This document shows, in pieces, positions 48,973 through 62,322 of a DNA stretch of 64,000 nt (position 1 is the stretch's first letter; each line of letters opens with the position of its first letter). Location of the stretch: contig ML996688.1 of NCBI GenBank assembly GCA_010356995.1, forward strand, positions 124,001 through 188,000, in the 5' to 3' direction. This stretch comes from Trichodelitschia bisporula (lineage: Eukaryota). Position numbers and translations under genes: made by a program. The notes beneath the pieces are model-generated. The model was not told the origin of the DNA. It made no database searches and saw nothing but the letters and a program-made list of their open reading frames with translations.

Positions 48973-50687
48973 TCACTTGCGGTAGTAAATCTATCATCAC
49001 GTCAGTACAGCTGCCACAGTGACACGGCGTGCGGGTACTTGCCTTCTTGAACTGGAAGTGAAGCTGCAGGATACCCTGTCGCTTAGTTAGCTCCGTGTCT
49101 GAGTGATTGCCCTTCGAGGAGAAAAAGTGCGCGAGTATACTTGCCTTGTCAAAGCTGCTCCTGAAGCCCCGCTCGCGCTTCGCGCTATAGTCCCATTCCT
49201 TGTCCACGATGCGAAACGCAATATCTTCGTACGGCGGCCCGGCCATGAACCTGATCAGGCAGGTATCCTCCTCGCCTGCAGGGGCAAAGGATTGGCCGCG
49301 CTTGCGGCCGCCTTCACGCTCGATGCGGTACGTCGGGGCTTTAGTCTTGTCGATGAGGTCAGGATAAAAAATGTTGAACTTATATCCCTGGACGACCTTG
49401 GGTGGAGGGTTGTCGTGGTCGTAGTGGGTCTGATTGTACTTGTTCCATTCGTAGCCCATCTGTACACGATTGAAGTACCTCGGCTTGCGGGGCCGGAACT
49501 TGTTTTCCCAAAGCGCCGTGGACGCAGTGACGACTGTCTCTTCCCCCGTAAAAATCTCTTCGTCTTCATTGACTCCACGGGCGACTTCCCGTTCGTACAG
49601 AGCACTGGTTGCCTGGGAAAAGTCCTCATTGCTCACGGTTGCAAAGCGCGCGTTGCCTAGGGCAGCGGCTTCGGGCAACTTGGCGACTGCTGCGGTTGTT
49701 GGTCTCTCCACGATGCGGTGCTGCACGGGCACGTATCCCAGCTTCAGCACCTTGCGCCGCTCATCGGTGATGCTGTGGAGAAAGGTATCTTCGTCTACGG
49801 ACTCAAGGCCCTTGTCTTCCAGGGGGAGCTTGAGAAGGGGCTCAGGATCCAGAGCACGTGAGACGCTGTTTGTCTCTGCCGATTCGCGACGTGAACTCCC
49901 AATGGCAGAGGATAATTTCTCCCTGATGGCCTGGGCCTCCTCTTGCTGCTGCCTCCGTAATGCCTCCAACCGGCTTCTGACGATTGCTTGTGACACGTTG
50001 CGTAGCTTTGCCCTCGCCTTCCACATCATGAGGGATTTTAGGAGGTGTTCCCAGTAGTCGACGTCGATCGCCTCGTTTGAACTCAGCTTTCCCCGAATCT
50101 GCTTCTCCAAGACTTCGAGCTCCTCGTAAGATTTGGGGCCGAGCAGACGGTCGACATCGGACGTAACAGAACTGACACCTCGGGCGGTAGGGGCCGTATT
50201 CATGAACTTCTCGAGTCGGTCATTGCATATCAACTGCATCGTCTGACACGGTCAGCGCAACCCAAGGTCACCAAATAGCACCTACCTTCCAGAAGTCGCG
50301 ATTATTGTCGTTCGTTTCTAATGCCATATATGCCGTTATCTCCTTGCTCAAGTCCTCTAGCTGACCTTGGTTGAGCCCCTCAAACACGCCCTCCGGGTCG
50401 ACGAGATCCACTTCCGCTTCGTTTTCATCTTCTTCGAGCGACTTTCGAGTCGGGTCGATTATGCGAAGAGTAACCGCCAGCCAATCGATAGGCTTCGCCC
50501 TCCCTCCCTTGACGCGTATCAATGCTTTCCGTTTTGCCTGCCGAAGGACAAACTGATCTTCTTCGGCCACCCAGGCCTCTTCCTGTGCGTCTGCGTTCGC
50601 TGGTCGCTTTCTGGGGATAACGGCCGAAGGCGCGTTTGTCTGATGGGGCGGAGGCGGCCGCCCGCGAGGATTCGCACGGCTGCTCAT
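48973..50687 (-). CDS. Cactin, spliceosome-associated (introns 50243-50285, 49076-49144 GC-AG, 48991-49042 GC-AG)
   Basis: RAKPID, RPRKPRYFNRV.MGYEWNKYNQTHYD.DNPPPKVVQGYKFNIFYPDL, GPPYEDIAFRIV; C-terminus GILQLHFQFKKIYYRK. Confidence 0.97.
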
Positions 50688-52305
50688 AATGCTTCGAGTA
50701 GTTTGTGTGGAGAGTAACGATGTGGCCACTTGTCCTGAAAATTGTGGAGAAGGCTTGCGACGCGGTTTGAGAGACTTCGGTGAAGTCCAAGATGACATCG
50801 TCGGTGAGCACGGGCCAATTGCGCCCCCGGCTGCCTTGTCGCCTCGCCGCTCGCCGACTGCACGTCTCCTCCTGCGGGCGGGAAAGCATCCTTGGACCTT
50901 TCAAGATCTCCGAATGCATGATCGATCATTTGAGCCTCAACTACCTTGTGTGTCTTACAGAAACCTGTCTCGGGAGACTGCACCGCCTGCCGAGATCACC
51001 AAGAAGCAGCGGTCCAGAGTCTCTCTCGACATCGAAGGTGGCTTTTGCATCGCGAAACTTCATGAGACACCATTGCCCTGTCAATTTCTCTTCAACCATA
51101 GCAACAGCCGTAGCTCAATGTGCCAGTCCGAATCTCTTGGGTTGTTCTACCTGTCTATGCGGTCATGCTGGACACTCTCCTTCGCTTCACCTTCATGCCG
51201 CTTACATTATCTCGCCGGCATCATGATGACTTCATCTGTCAACTCACTGCTCCATTTTCTGCTCTCCTTTCTTTGGAACCGCCGAGCAAACTCCCAAGAA
51301 CACTGTAGATCACGGACATTCATCCCCGGTGCGATCGTCGTCGCCTATATAAAGCTTTCCACAGCGAAACCGAAATGCCATGGCATGGCACAGGCATCCC
51401 GAAACAGTCGCGCGCTTGTTCCTCTCGTTCCTCACTGTGAGCCCGCACGTGCTGGGCGTTCGGCTTGGAGCGGTATCGTATTCATAAAACAGATTCGAGC
51501 CCTAGACGTGGAACCCAAGCGAAGATTTGCAACCCTACTCCCTCCTATCCCGCCGTACGACGTACGACGTATTTGCAGATCCATCGTAAGTCTCGGGGCG
51601 CACCAATCTCGGACGACTACGGGCTTCGGAATAACTTCATCAGTACACCGGCCATTGCTTCTCTGGGCTCCAGGTTTTGAAACGCGCGAGGCACATTGGC
51701 ATCGCTGCGCCCGGCGAAGCCGTGTCGTCGTTCCCCGGAAATGACAACGATGCCCTAGCGGAACGTCGCGGCAATCCACATGGCCACGGCGTATGTGCCC
51801 TATGCAATTGTAGCAAAAAACGTCCGTGAGATGGGTCGCCTAGAAGCAGGAGCGTCTTCCCAGAGGCCAGCACTAGCGCGGCCGCATGGGGGTAGCACTC
51901 TATTTGATGAACGGTCACCAGCAACTCCCAGCCTCAGCCGTGTACTCCAGACTACCACCTCCAACCTTCGGCGAATAGATTCATGGACTTCGAACCAACC
52001 CATGGGCATCCGCAGGTCGTAGGTAATCAACGTACATTGCCATTACAGCGATGTTTCAAATGCAAATTTCGCTTCGCAGGCTCCACACATTGGGTAACTG
52101 AGCAGCGTGTTCAGGCGCGGATGGAGATTGCTTCTATTTTATATGGCTTCATCTCCTTGACGTCTCACATGCATCCGCAGCAGACCGCTGGGTCACGAGT
52201 ACTGGACTTCTAACGCTTTCAACTGGTGCCTTCCTCCAACCGCAAACCTCTCGAACAACGTCTTCTGTCGCTACACCAACTTTCTGTTTCGCAATCTCAT
52301 CCACG

Positions 52306-52913
52306 ATGAAGTCGGTATTCGTCCTCTTGACGGGCCTCGTTGCCCTGGTCGTAGCAGATACGACGCCGCAAATCAACCTGCCGAGTTGGTACGGCCACCT
52401 GGAAGAACTGGACAGTTCCATGTACTGACCGCAGATAGCGGCACTAATGCCATGATTCCCGCCGTATCAACATCCGGCTGTGCCTTCACCGGTACGCATC
52501 TCTTGCAGCTTCTCCAGACCCACCACTAACCCGCCAGATGCCGAATGTCTCTGCAAAGCGCAAGGCGTCATCGCCGCCGCAAAGAACAACCTCGTCAAAG
52601 CCTGCCCCAACCCCACAGATCTGAAGGCCTTCTCCGACTTCTTCAATGGCAACTGCGCTGGCAAGCCTGGTTTCCCCATTGACCTCAGCGGCAACAAGGG
52701 TGCCGCCGCGCCTGCGTCCTCGGCCTCCCCTTCAGGTTCAAATTCCACTGCCCATACGTCGCCACAGCCTTCCGGTATGTACTCGCAGTCATGTGCGTGA
52801 GCTTGCTAATAGGTGTAGCTGCCGCTGCTAAGTCTGATGGAAACACCGTGGTGGCAAGGGTTCCCGCTGGTTTGATAGCGCTGTCAGGAGCACTCGCCTA
52901 CCTTGCCTTGTAG
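52306..52913 (+). CDS. Small secreted CFEM-like, probably GPI-anchored protein (introns 52389-52438, 52492-52537, 52775-52818)
   Basis: Signal peptide; LPSC..SGCAFTDAECLCK..KAC..GNC; Ser/Ala linker; hydrophobic C-terminal tail. Confidence 0.85.
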
Positions 52914-54002
52914 TCGACCTTACTTTGGAGTATAGGCAAGAGTACGCGGAGAATGTAGCTTATGGCAACTGGCTAACATGGCTCGGCTTCGGACAAATTA
53001 TTCAGGCCGTTGGCCTCTGGATCGGCTCCTTGGGCGGCGGCAGGAGCTTCCATTCTCTCTTGTATACATACCAACTGGGGCGTCTTTGGAAAATTGTAAC
53101 TCTACATCAGACTCTCCCTCCGCGGTTGAACATGCGTGCGGGGCCATGGTCCAAAGAGCCCAGTCGAACCTCTGAATTAGACTTCTATTCGCTTTGGGAC
53201 AGTTTGAAAATTCACCGTATCGTGTTTTGCTCCATACCGCCTGGTGGTAGATTGACACAAGCACAAACTCCATTCTAGGTCCTTGCCCTTACCGCATCCC
53301 CTGTTGTTTACACGGTTAGGGGACTGCGGTAATGTGCTTCAACATATCCGGGTTTGATCAACAATCAAGCAGACGTCTCCGCCCATCAGCTCGGGAAAGT
53401 ACCCTGAGGGCATGTTTGAAGGCTTTCGGATGCCTTTGCACTTTTCTACTTCCACGGATGCCGCCCACTTATCCATGTCCTAACTTCTACTCTTCAGCTT
53501 CACACACACTCATTGGCAGCTGTGGGGGATCCAAACAAATATGATGTTCCCCTGGTTTGGCCCGATGCTGAAACAGCAAAGCCAAACTGTACACGGTGCT
53601 GAATGGGCCAACTTAATTCTCAGAGCTATCAGCAAGCGGCTGGAGTTATAAAGACACCCAATGCAGTAGCAAGCGGAAACGAGTTTCTTCGACTCTAGAA
53701 GCAGCGTCCGTATTTCTATCGGTAAAAGCTTGGTATCTTGGGACGGTATGGTTAATCGGCGTTATTACCTTGACGTCACGATCTCATATGATGGTGTGAG
53801 ATCAAGAACAGGATAAGGCCCGTCCAAGCCTAGGCGGCTACGGAAATGGCTTGCATCAAACATCAAGGGCTCTCATCCTCTTCTCAGCTTGGTGACCCTG
53901 CAATGGTCAAACCCATACCAAAGCACCCATCGGGGACCTCACCTGCCAACAGACAGGACAGACAGCATCTCGTCCACAGCACCTTGCCATCGACAGAGCC
54001 CT

Positions 54003-54882
54003 TCAACCCCCCTCAACCATCCTCCTCCCATGCACCCTAACAACCCCATCCAGTATCTCCCTAACCCTCTTACACCCATCCACCCCCACAGCCAACATCT
54101 CCTCCACCCGCGCCGCATGGACCCTCGTCTCCAGCAAACACACCACAACAGCATCCCTCTCCCCCCCCAGCGTCGCCACCGTCAAAAACGGCAACTCCTG
54201 CTCCTCCAACCCATTCAAATCCAGTAAAGGATCATCCGTGTCTTCAAAATTTCCCCCGCCGGACAGACTGCTTAGCCCCGGGATAGACGCCTGCTGCCCA
54301 ACCGGTTTTTGCGGCGCGCTGGCGCTGGCATGCGTCGTTGAGCCTGCGGTGCAGGCGACGAGATAATCGGACATAGGCACACCAGCGTCGATGAGCGCGA
54401 GCGTCGCCGCATTAATACACGCCGCGAGCAGCGCCCCATCCTGCGCAAGCACATGCAGCGAAATCGTAATCGTCGACCCGCCATAATGACTCGTATAGAC
54501 TGTCGCCTGGAGCGCTTGTGTAATCGTATGCTGAAGCTCCGTCGTGCGCCTACCCAATCAGCCCCCATCCCACCCAGCTCGCACCGACCTACCGATCATT
54601 CCTCCTCCGCTTGCGATCCACGCCGCTAAACCCCGCGACGCTGATTTCAACCACAATGTTGCTCTGGTCGCGCTCGCCCCCACCCCCGGCCCCAGCCCCG
54701 CGTTTTCCTTCCGCGGGGCCGGAGACTATGCATATCACCTTCGTGTTGCCCATTTCTAGGTAGCTGGATCCGTCGGCGGAGGGCTGGGTGCTGATTTGCG
54801 CGTGGATGCGGCGGAGCTCGTTCCAGCGGCGGCCGTCGAGGCGGAGAAGGGCGAGGGAGTAGGAGGATGTGTCGAGGGGCAT
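54003..54882 (-). CDS. RRP41: Exosome complex RNase PH-like subunit Rrp41/Ski6 (intron 54550-54592)
   Basis: RLDGRRWNELR, ADGSSYLEMGNTKV.C.V.GP, VLAQDG..LAACINAATLALIDAGVPM, DLNGLEE. Confidence 0.96.
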
Positions 54883-55079
54883 TTTGGAGGGTTTAGAGGT
54901 GGGGGTTGTGGAATGAGGTGTGGAAATGCGAGGCTGTAGGCGCGTTCGAGAAATTTCATGACGTTCGGGAGCTTGGGCCAGTTTGATATTACTGCCCCAG
55001 GCAGGCGTGCATTGCGTCTTGGCGTGCGCCTCTGGTGTGGGGAGAGGCGTTCTCGTGAAATCGCGTTACCCTGTCAGTC

Positions 55080-58000
55080 ATGACGGAACGCGACGATGAA
55101 GGAATGACAGCAAGTGCATCATGTGGAACTGGGAATTTACCCTTCGACTCGGAGACTGACGTTGGTAATGATGATATTAAGTCGACTGACAAATCCTCGA
55201 AATACCGCAAGGCGCAAAACAGTCCTCAGTTCGATGGTTCGCCGCCTCATGTAACTGTGATGTCTTGTGCTGATATTAGCAGATGGTTCGACTACGGAAT
55301 CAGAACAAAGTGTCGTAGTTCCTGAAGGTGCGCTGGAGAAAAAGGCGCACATTGACTCCAACGATGAAACGACTGAGGACGAAGATCCAGGGAACAGACC
55401 CCGGAAGCGGCCGCGTCTCTCTGAGGAAGCTGAAGAGAAACCAACATCGGATATCAGCAATTCCCCTACAGGTAACCGAGGTTCTAGGGAGGTGCAGAAG
55501 CCAAACCCCACTCGCCCGGGTCAGTTTCGGATGCGGGATGAGGCACCCCAAGGAGATGAAATAGAATGGTCGACCTCCTCTGACGAAGGTTTCTCCTTCC
55601 GCAGCCAAACGCGAAAAACGGCAACCAAAACCAAACCCAAGAGCGAAAAGCCTAAAGCAAGTGCCCCCCCGAAGCCGCGGAAACGCGCTGGGCCGGGCAC
55701 TGGCGTTGGACAGCGGACGCTCCTGAAGCCCCGAGAGCGAGTTGGTCAAATAGTCTGGGATGACCCCGCGCAGATGTGGGAAAAGCTCGAGCATGTGGAT
55801 ACGCCAGAAGACGAAAAGCTGCCGATGAATGTGTGGAACAGGAGGGCGAAATTCGAGAAGCTTGCTGAAGACAAAGGCATGAGACTTCCCCCAAGATACA
55901 ACGATCTGGAGTTTTCGGACGACGAGAACTTGGATCAGCTCCAGAAGAAGCCCAGATTCACCAAGCAGAGGCCTCAAGCCCCGTACGAAGATTTCAAGCT
56001 CCCCTATTCCGCTGGTATCATTCCCGCTCCCATCGCCCAATGGCTGCGCGAATATCAGGTCCAAGGCGTCGAGTTCTTGCACGAGCTCTTCGTGTGGCAG
56101 CGTGGAGGCATTCTGGGTGACGACATGGGATTGGGCAAAACCATCCAAGTCATTGCCTTTCTCACGGCAGCCTTCGGCAAGACTGGAGACGAGCGCGACG
56201 CAAAGCGCATGCGGAAGATTCGCCGATATGGCAACGGGCGCTGGTATCCTCGTGTCCTCATAATCTGCCCCGGCGGCCTTATGGAGAACTGGAAAGCTGA
56301 ACTGGAAACGTGGGGCTGGTGGCAGGTTTTCGTGTATCACGGATCGCAAGCTAACAAGGAGGATGCGCTCAAAGCGGCCGGGACCGGAAGACTCGAGATT
56401 ATGATGACCACGTACGGAACCTACCGCCGGAACACGGATACGATCAATGCGATCGACTGGGATTGCGTGGTTGCCGACGAGTGTCACACTATCAAAGGCC
56501 GCAAATCCGAAATCACCATAGCGATGAACAAGATAAACGCGCTCTGCAGGATAGGTCTGACTGGTACGGCGATTCAGAACAATTATGACGAGCTGTGGAC
56601 CTTGCTCAACTGGACCAATCCGGGGAAGTTCGGATCTCTCTCCACCTGGAGGTCTTCCATCAGCGACCCTCTGCGCATTGGACAATCCCATGAGGCCACC
56701 AAAGCACAACTCGGAATTGCCCGGCGAACGGCTCAAAAGCTCGTCCAACACCTTCTGCCGCCATACTTCCTACGTCGGATGAAGACCTTGATCGCTCATC
56801 AGCTGCCGAAAAAGAGCGACCGCGTTGTGTTCTGCCCCTTGACCGAGACACAGGCGGAGGCGTACGAGAAATATGTCAGCGGTGAGGTCGTGGAGTATAT
56901 CCGCCATTCCGCCGATCCATGCCCGTGCGGCTCAGGGAAGAAGCGAGGGTGGTGCTGTTACAATGAGATTCCTGAGCGCGGCTCGTGGCAAGCCCATGTC
57001 TTCCCTGCGATCGTCACACTTCAGAAGCTCGCCAACCACATCGCACTTGTCATCCCGTCAAGCAAGGATAATCGTGACAAACAAGATAAGGATCTAGATG
57101 TGCTGGAAGTGATCCTACCAGATCAATGGCGCAAGCTCAACAAGGACCGTGATAGCATCGTGCACTTTGCAAACCAGGAGTTCTGCGGCAAATGGAAGAT
57201 CCTCAAGAAGCTGTTGCACTTTTGGGACGCCAATGGTGACAAGGTCTTAGTTTTCAGCCATAGTGTTCGCCTACTCCAAATGCTGCAAGTCCTCTTCACC
57301 ACGACGACCAGCTACAACGTGTCTTACCTCGACGGATCGATGAGCTACCAGGAGCGTCACCAAGCGGTTAACGAGTTCAATTTCAACAATGAGCAGTTCG
57401 TGTTCCTCCTCAGCACCCGCGCCGGGGGTGTCGGACTCAACATAACCTCCGCCAACAAAGTTGTCGTCGTCGACCCGAACTGGAATCCATCCTTCGATCT
57501 GCAGGCCCAAGACCGCGCCTACCGCATCGGCCAAACCCGCGACGTGGAAGTATTCCGCCTCGTCAGCGCCGGCACAATCGAAGAAATCGTCTACGCACGT
57601 CAAATCTACAAGCAACAGCAAGCCAGCATCGCCTACACCGCAAGTCTAGAACGGCGCTACTTCCGGGGCGTTCAAAACCAAAAAGGCATGAAGGGCGAGA
57701 TCTTCGGGTTGGAGAATCTCTTCGCCTACCAGAGCGACCACGTCGTCCTCCGCGACATCGTCAACAAGACCAACGTCGCGGAGAGCAAGGCCGGCGTCAT
57801 GGTGACGGACGTGGAAATGACGGAATACGACGTCGTGAAGGAAGACGACGACCCGTTTAAGGGCGAGAAGGAGGAGGCCGCAATGAGCCAGCTGGCCAGC
57901 GTCATCGCGAAAGGCGACCCCGTTCACGCTGCGAAGCTCGCAGCACGAACGACCAAGAAGACAGACGCCGTGCAAGCCATCCTCGCGAGCGCAGGCGTCG

Positions 58001-58380
58001 AGTACACGCACGAAAACTCCGAGGTCATCGGGAGCAGCAAAATGGAAGCAAAACTCAGCCGGCGGGCGCTACAAAACGCAGACAGCGACGAAGACAAGGA
58101 CCAACCTGTATTCGAGAGCGGGAGCCAGGCGCTCCTTTCCATGCACGTGCCTGCGAGTGAGGGCGGCGGGACTATGAAGTTTCGGTTCCGGCCGCCGGAG
58201 GAGGTGCGGATGCGGCAGTTTTGCTCGATGGCGAGGGATTTTGGGTTCGAGGATACGACAGAGTTTGCGTTTGTTGTTGAGGGGATGACGCAGGAGGAGA
58301 GGCGGAATGCGCTGGATAGGTTTTATGCTATTCGGAGGCAGAAATTGCTTTCGGGGCGAGGGCCGCTGGAGAAGACGTAG
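55080..58380 (+). CDS. SNF2-family DNA repair ATPase, ERCC6L2/Rad26-like (probable intron 55237-55279)
   Basis: GILGDDMGLGKT, DECH, LTGTAIQN, STRAGGVGLN, QAQDRAYRIGQ; C-terminal HENSEVIGSSK motif. Confidence 0.95.
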
Positions 58381-59227
58381 CGCGCGTGCTGCCTGTGGCA
58401 TTATCCCGTTTGGGTAGCCGAGAATTGAGGAACCGCATCTTGCGGCTTTTGAATTGGTCTCCCCCAGTAAGCGCCTTTGCAAATATTCCCCACTTCCGAT
58501 GTGAAAGTCCTAACTTGGTCATTGTTAAGGTTGTACAAGGCTGGAGCCTCAAATTCTCAGCTTGCATCCGGATTACCCAGGCACAACATGTCATCGACTG
58601 CTTCTAAAACCCGGATTGACGAACCTGCTCGAAGGCCACGGAAGCCGACTGTAGGCCAACACGTAGCCTTGTGTTTGACAGGGCTCTAGGGTTGAATGGT
58701 TGAGAAGTGCCTGATGCAGACATTCTCAGCTGCGGGGTACAACTCGCCATCTGGGGGTTTGGGCCAGCCCCTCATGCACTTCAGCATGAAGATTTTGAAA
58801 ATCAAAACCGAAATTCCTAGTCCGGATTCATTGCAGCAGTCTGGACCTGTATGTGCCCCTCTCTCGCAAGCCTCGAATACCTGATGGCCGATGTTGGTGA
58901 GAGAAAGAGTGTGGATGCGGGCATTATGCGGGGAGCAAGGCAGACCCGCGGCCTGCCCAGGAGCAATTCTCCCCACGTAGAAATATGCCGGTTATCATGG
59001 TCAGCTGATTCTAAACGCCTCGCCACGCCTGTCAATGTCCAAACCCGGATTTTATTAGGATGCCCCGCCCACTGTTGGACTTCTGTTGCAAGAATTGCCG
59101 TTTTCTAACCTGTCTGACCGTTGTCAGCCTTCCACCTGGTTGCCTCATAGAGTGGATACTGTGATGCGCGGCCCGTGCTACCAACACCATGGTCCCAACA
59201 TAAGAAGCCGTACCCCACCTGGAGAGA

Positions 59228-60965
59228 ATGTCGGTTCCAGTCTTCCAAGATATCCTCGCAACAATGAGCTGTTTCAAGTTTATGCCGCCCAACTCGTCCA
59301 AGCATCATCGCAGCCCACGGATCTCCGAGGAGACCTGGGAGATGCACAAGAAAGACATCATCCGGGAGTTTCACGACGGCGCAATACACGGCGCAATAAG
59401 AGCACATGAATGGACATTGGACCAGAGCCTGCCGGACTTCAAGCCAACGTATGCCCTTCGTGTCTCTGCGCAGTGTCTAACTGGAACAGACTTCCACAGT
59501 TGAGATATCGCATCAGCAAGTGGAAAAAGGAGGATGAAGCCCAATCATCTGGGAATCACCTCGCGCTGGCACTGTATGCCGGTTCCGACCTTCGACACAA
59601 GAGGAGACTGGTCAATGAGGGCCGATCAATTGGAGATCGCCTCGCTCTGCAACTGGAAGACGGTTCCGACCTCCAATGCCAGAGGAGACTGGTCAGTGAG
59701 GGCCGATCAATTGGAGATCACCTCTCCCTGGGACTGGATGCCGGTTCCGACCTTAGAAACCAGGTCAATGGAATACGATCAACTCGAGACCACGAGGGCC
59801 GATCGATTCGAGATCACCTCACTCTGGAAGTGGATGCTGGTACCGACTACCAACCCAAGTGGCAGAACGAGAATGAGGCCCAGTCATCTGGAAATCCCCT
59901 AGCTGCGGGACCTGTTGCTGGCTCCGACCTCCAACATCTTCTTGATGTGACACTCCATACACTCTCGGACGGCCTGTCTGTTGTTCCTCATCCGGTCCTG
60001 CGTGAACTTTACCCAGGCCTCCTTGACAACGACAGGATGGCTGGACTGATCTGGACTTCTCCTCTGGAGTTCGTCAACGAGGTTCATAATGCGATCGTCC
60101 TCTTGTACAGCTTTGCAATACTTCCAGAAACTTTCATTCTGATTGTGGCTGTATCGCGCATCATGAACATCATGTCTGCTTTGGGAATTGCTTGTTTTGA
60201 GAGTGGGACTTTTCATCCCAGCATGCTCAAGTCGCAGGTTCCGAGATGGGAGCGTTTTTTCAGTCCGCAGCTAAAGGTATTTCGATCAGCTCCTCTAGCA
60301 CAGCCTACCGATGCTACTCAATCCAGTTTTTCGAACAGTTGTCTGTCCGCGGAGTTTACCACTCTGGCCTATGTACGTTCATGGATGCCGACTGTGACCC
60401 CTTCGTGGTCCCTCCCTCCTCCCCGCCTTTCTTACGCACTTACCGTGAAGACGCGGGTGCTGGCTCGTCTTGCCAAGCAAGGGGGTCGGATGCACGTGGT
60501 ATACGTGCGCTCTTTGAGCAATGCCGCGAGATGACCGAAGGCTGCTCCAAAGCTCCGACTGGCTTCATCAACCTTCAAAGAAGCCTGCAGCAGGTAAACG
60601 TTCACCGCCCACGACGGGCCGACTGGATGACGCTGTTTTCCTACTTTTGGAAAATCACCACCTCTGCCCAAGCCCACACTCCATTGAGACTTTGCTTCCG
60701 TCACTCCATGTCGGAGGCATTGAAGTATATGTCTGCTGTAATTATCGTTGCAGCACCGCAAGTGCCTTGCCCAATGTCGAGCCCAGAAATCCCATCAGGC
60801 GGCGGCCACGTGTGGCTTGTAAAAGCGAGAGCTGGAGTGGCGAGGTTGTCAGCCCTGCCAGATGCTGAGCTGTGCCACATTTTCGCGGAGATTTCGAGTG
60901 AGTTGGTGAGGGATGAGCAGGACAAGGTGAGTGAACGGCTTATCCGAAGCCTGTTCGTAAGCTGA
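59228..60965 (+). CDS. Clr5-domain protein with internal 27-aa repeats; 3' structure uncertain or disrupted (intron 59449-59489)
   Basis: ISEETWEMHKKDIIREF..FKPT|LPQLRYRISKWK resembles Clr5; five repeats follow; frame change near 60245. Confidence 0.6.
59533..59935 (+). repeat. Coding tandem repeat, about 81-bp unit, 5 copies
   Basis: E(A/G)(Q/R)S(S/I)G(N/D)(H/R)L.L.L.AGSDL units. Confidence 0.85.
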
Positions 60966-61025
60966 GGAGTACAGCTCCTCGAAGCCGAAAGAATCGCTTT
61001 TGAGCAGATGGTGGGCGAGATCCCA

Positions 61026-61191
61026 GGTGGGTGAATTTCTAAACTGAAGCTTGTTTAGAGGCTGACCGATATAGCTTCCGCAAGCTGAAGAAATCTAATG
61101 ATCGCCTAGAGCTGATTCTAGGTGGGTGAATATCTAAGCTGAAGCATGTTAAGGGGCTGACCAATACAGATTCCGGAAGCTGAACAAGTCT
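61026..61191 (+). repeat. Tandem duplication of an intron+exon-like unit (period 95 bp)
   Basis: ggtgggtgaat.tctaa.ctgaagc.tgtt..g.ggctgacc.ata.ag.ttccg.aagctgaa.aa.tcta occurs twice. Confidence 0.8.
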
Positions 61192-61788
61192 ATGGTTGAA
61201 TAGGGCTCATTTGGGTGTGGTTGTTGTCTTGCCGTCCGTATGACTTCGAGTTTGGATGTGGTCCGGTCGATCGACGTGCGTATGGCCTTGGGATTTGCTG
61301 CTGTTGTGTCGCGGATATGACTTTGAATTTGCACATCATCCATTGAGCGCCAGGCGTATGGATTTGGGCTCGGATACTGTCCCATCGGGTGTATGACTTT
61401 GAGTTTGGATGCTTGGTTGACGGAAGTGCCGGAAGCCTCTTCTCTTGTCCGATATCTTCATTATCACTGCTCATGCCTTGACGTCTGGCCACCCATATGT
61501 TCTCGTTCAAACAGATCCAGGAGTTAGCAACTGCTGTCAAGGACAGGCAAAACCCATTGCGGCAGAGTAGGTGAGTATGAAGGGAGTATTGGTGCGATGG
61601 ACCAAGGACCAAGGACCGCCAGACGAAAACCGTCGTCGCATATCGGTCTTTCGTCACGTGATGCAGACCATGATTTGCGCGTATCTCGACAACAAAATCC
61701 ACCGCGTCTCGTCCTTCCGCAACCCACCCCCCCACGCACCACCAACCCGCCCACCAAACCCACCAAACCCGATTGCCACTCGTTTACA

Positions 61789-62322
61789 ATGTCAAGCTTC
61801 ACATCTCTGCGCGCCCTCCGCGCCGCACCGCTCACCTCGCGCGCCTTCTCCACGAGCCAGCGGACCGCCTTCGCGCGCATGACCCTCATCGGGCGCCTGG
61901 GCGTGCAGCCCGAGCTCGCGAACACGAGCACAGGGACGGAGCTCGTGCGCTATACCATTGCGACGTCGCAGGGCTCGGGTGATAACCGCAAGACGTCGTG
62001 GTGGAATCTGGTTGCGTTTTTGAAGGAGGGGGCGCAGCGCGAGTTTATCCTTGGCTTGCCGAAAGGGTGAGTGAATGGAATGGTTGGGGGGGGGGGGGAG
62101 GCTGAGCTAATGGGGCCGCAGGACGCTGGTGCATGTTGAGGTGGATGCTAGCCGGAATCCGTATGAGGCTGAGGGGGGGAAGACGCAGTATGGGCTCAAC
62201 TTGACGCAGCGTATGTGACCTCGCCGATTGGATGTGGGAATGGATGCTGACTGGATGTAGGGGAGATCAATGTCCTTTCCTTCCCTAAGAACCAGGGGGC
62301 CGAGGAGGAAGCAGCGGAGTAG
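61789..62322 (+). CDS. RIM1: Mitochondrial single-stranded DNA-binding protein (introns 62067-62121, 62211-62260)
   Basis: Mitochondrial presequence RAFSTSQR; ARMTLIGRLG..PEL; TSWW..AF; LPKG|TLVHVE. Confidence 0.93.

Noticed and set aside
50689..51744. 351-aa ORF
   Set aside because: Non-ATG start, overlaps the cactin promoter region, random-looking composition, no motif
55300..56751. 483-aa antisense ORF (likewise 4010-5014, 7750-8739, 46325-47191)
   Set aside because: Shadow ORFs opposite well-supported GC-rich genes
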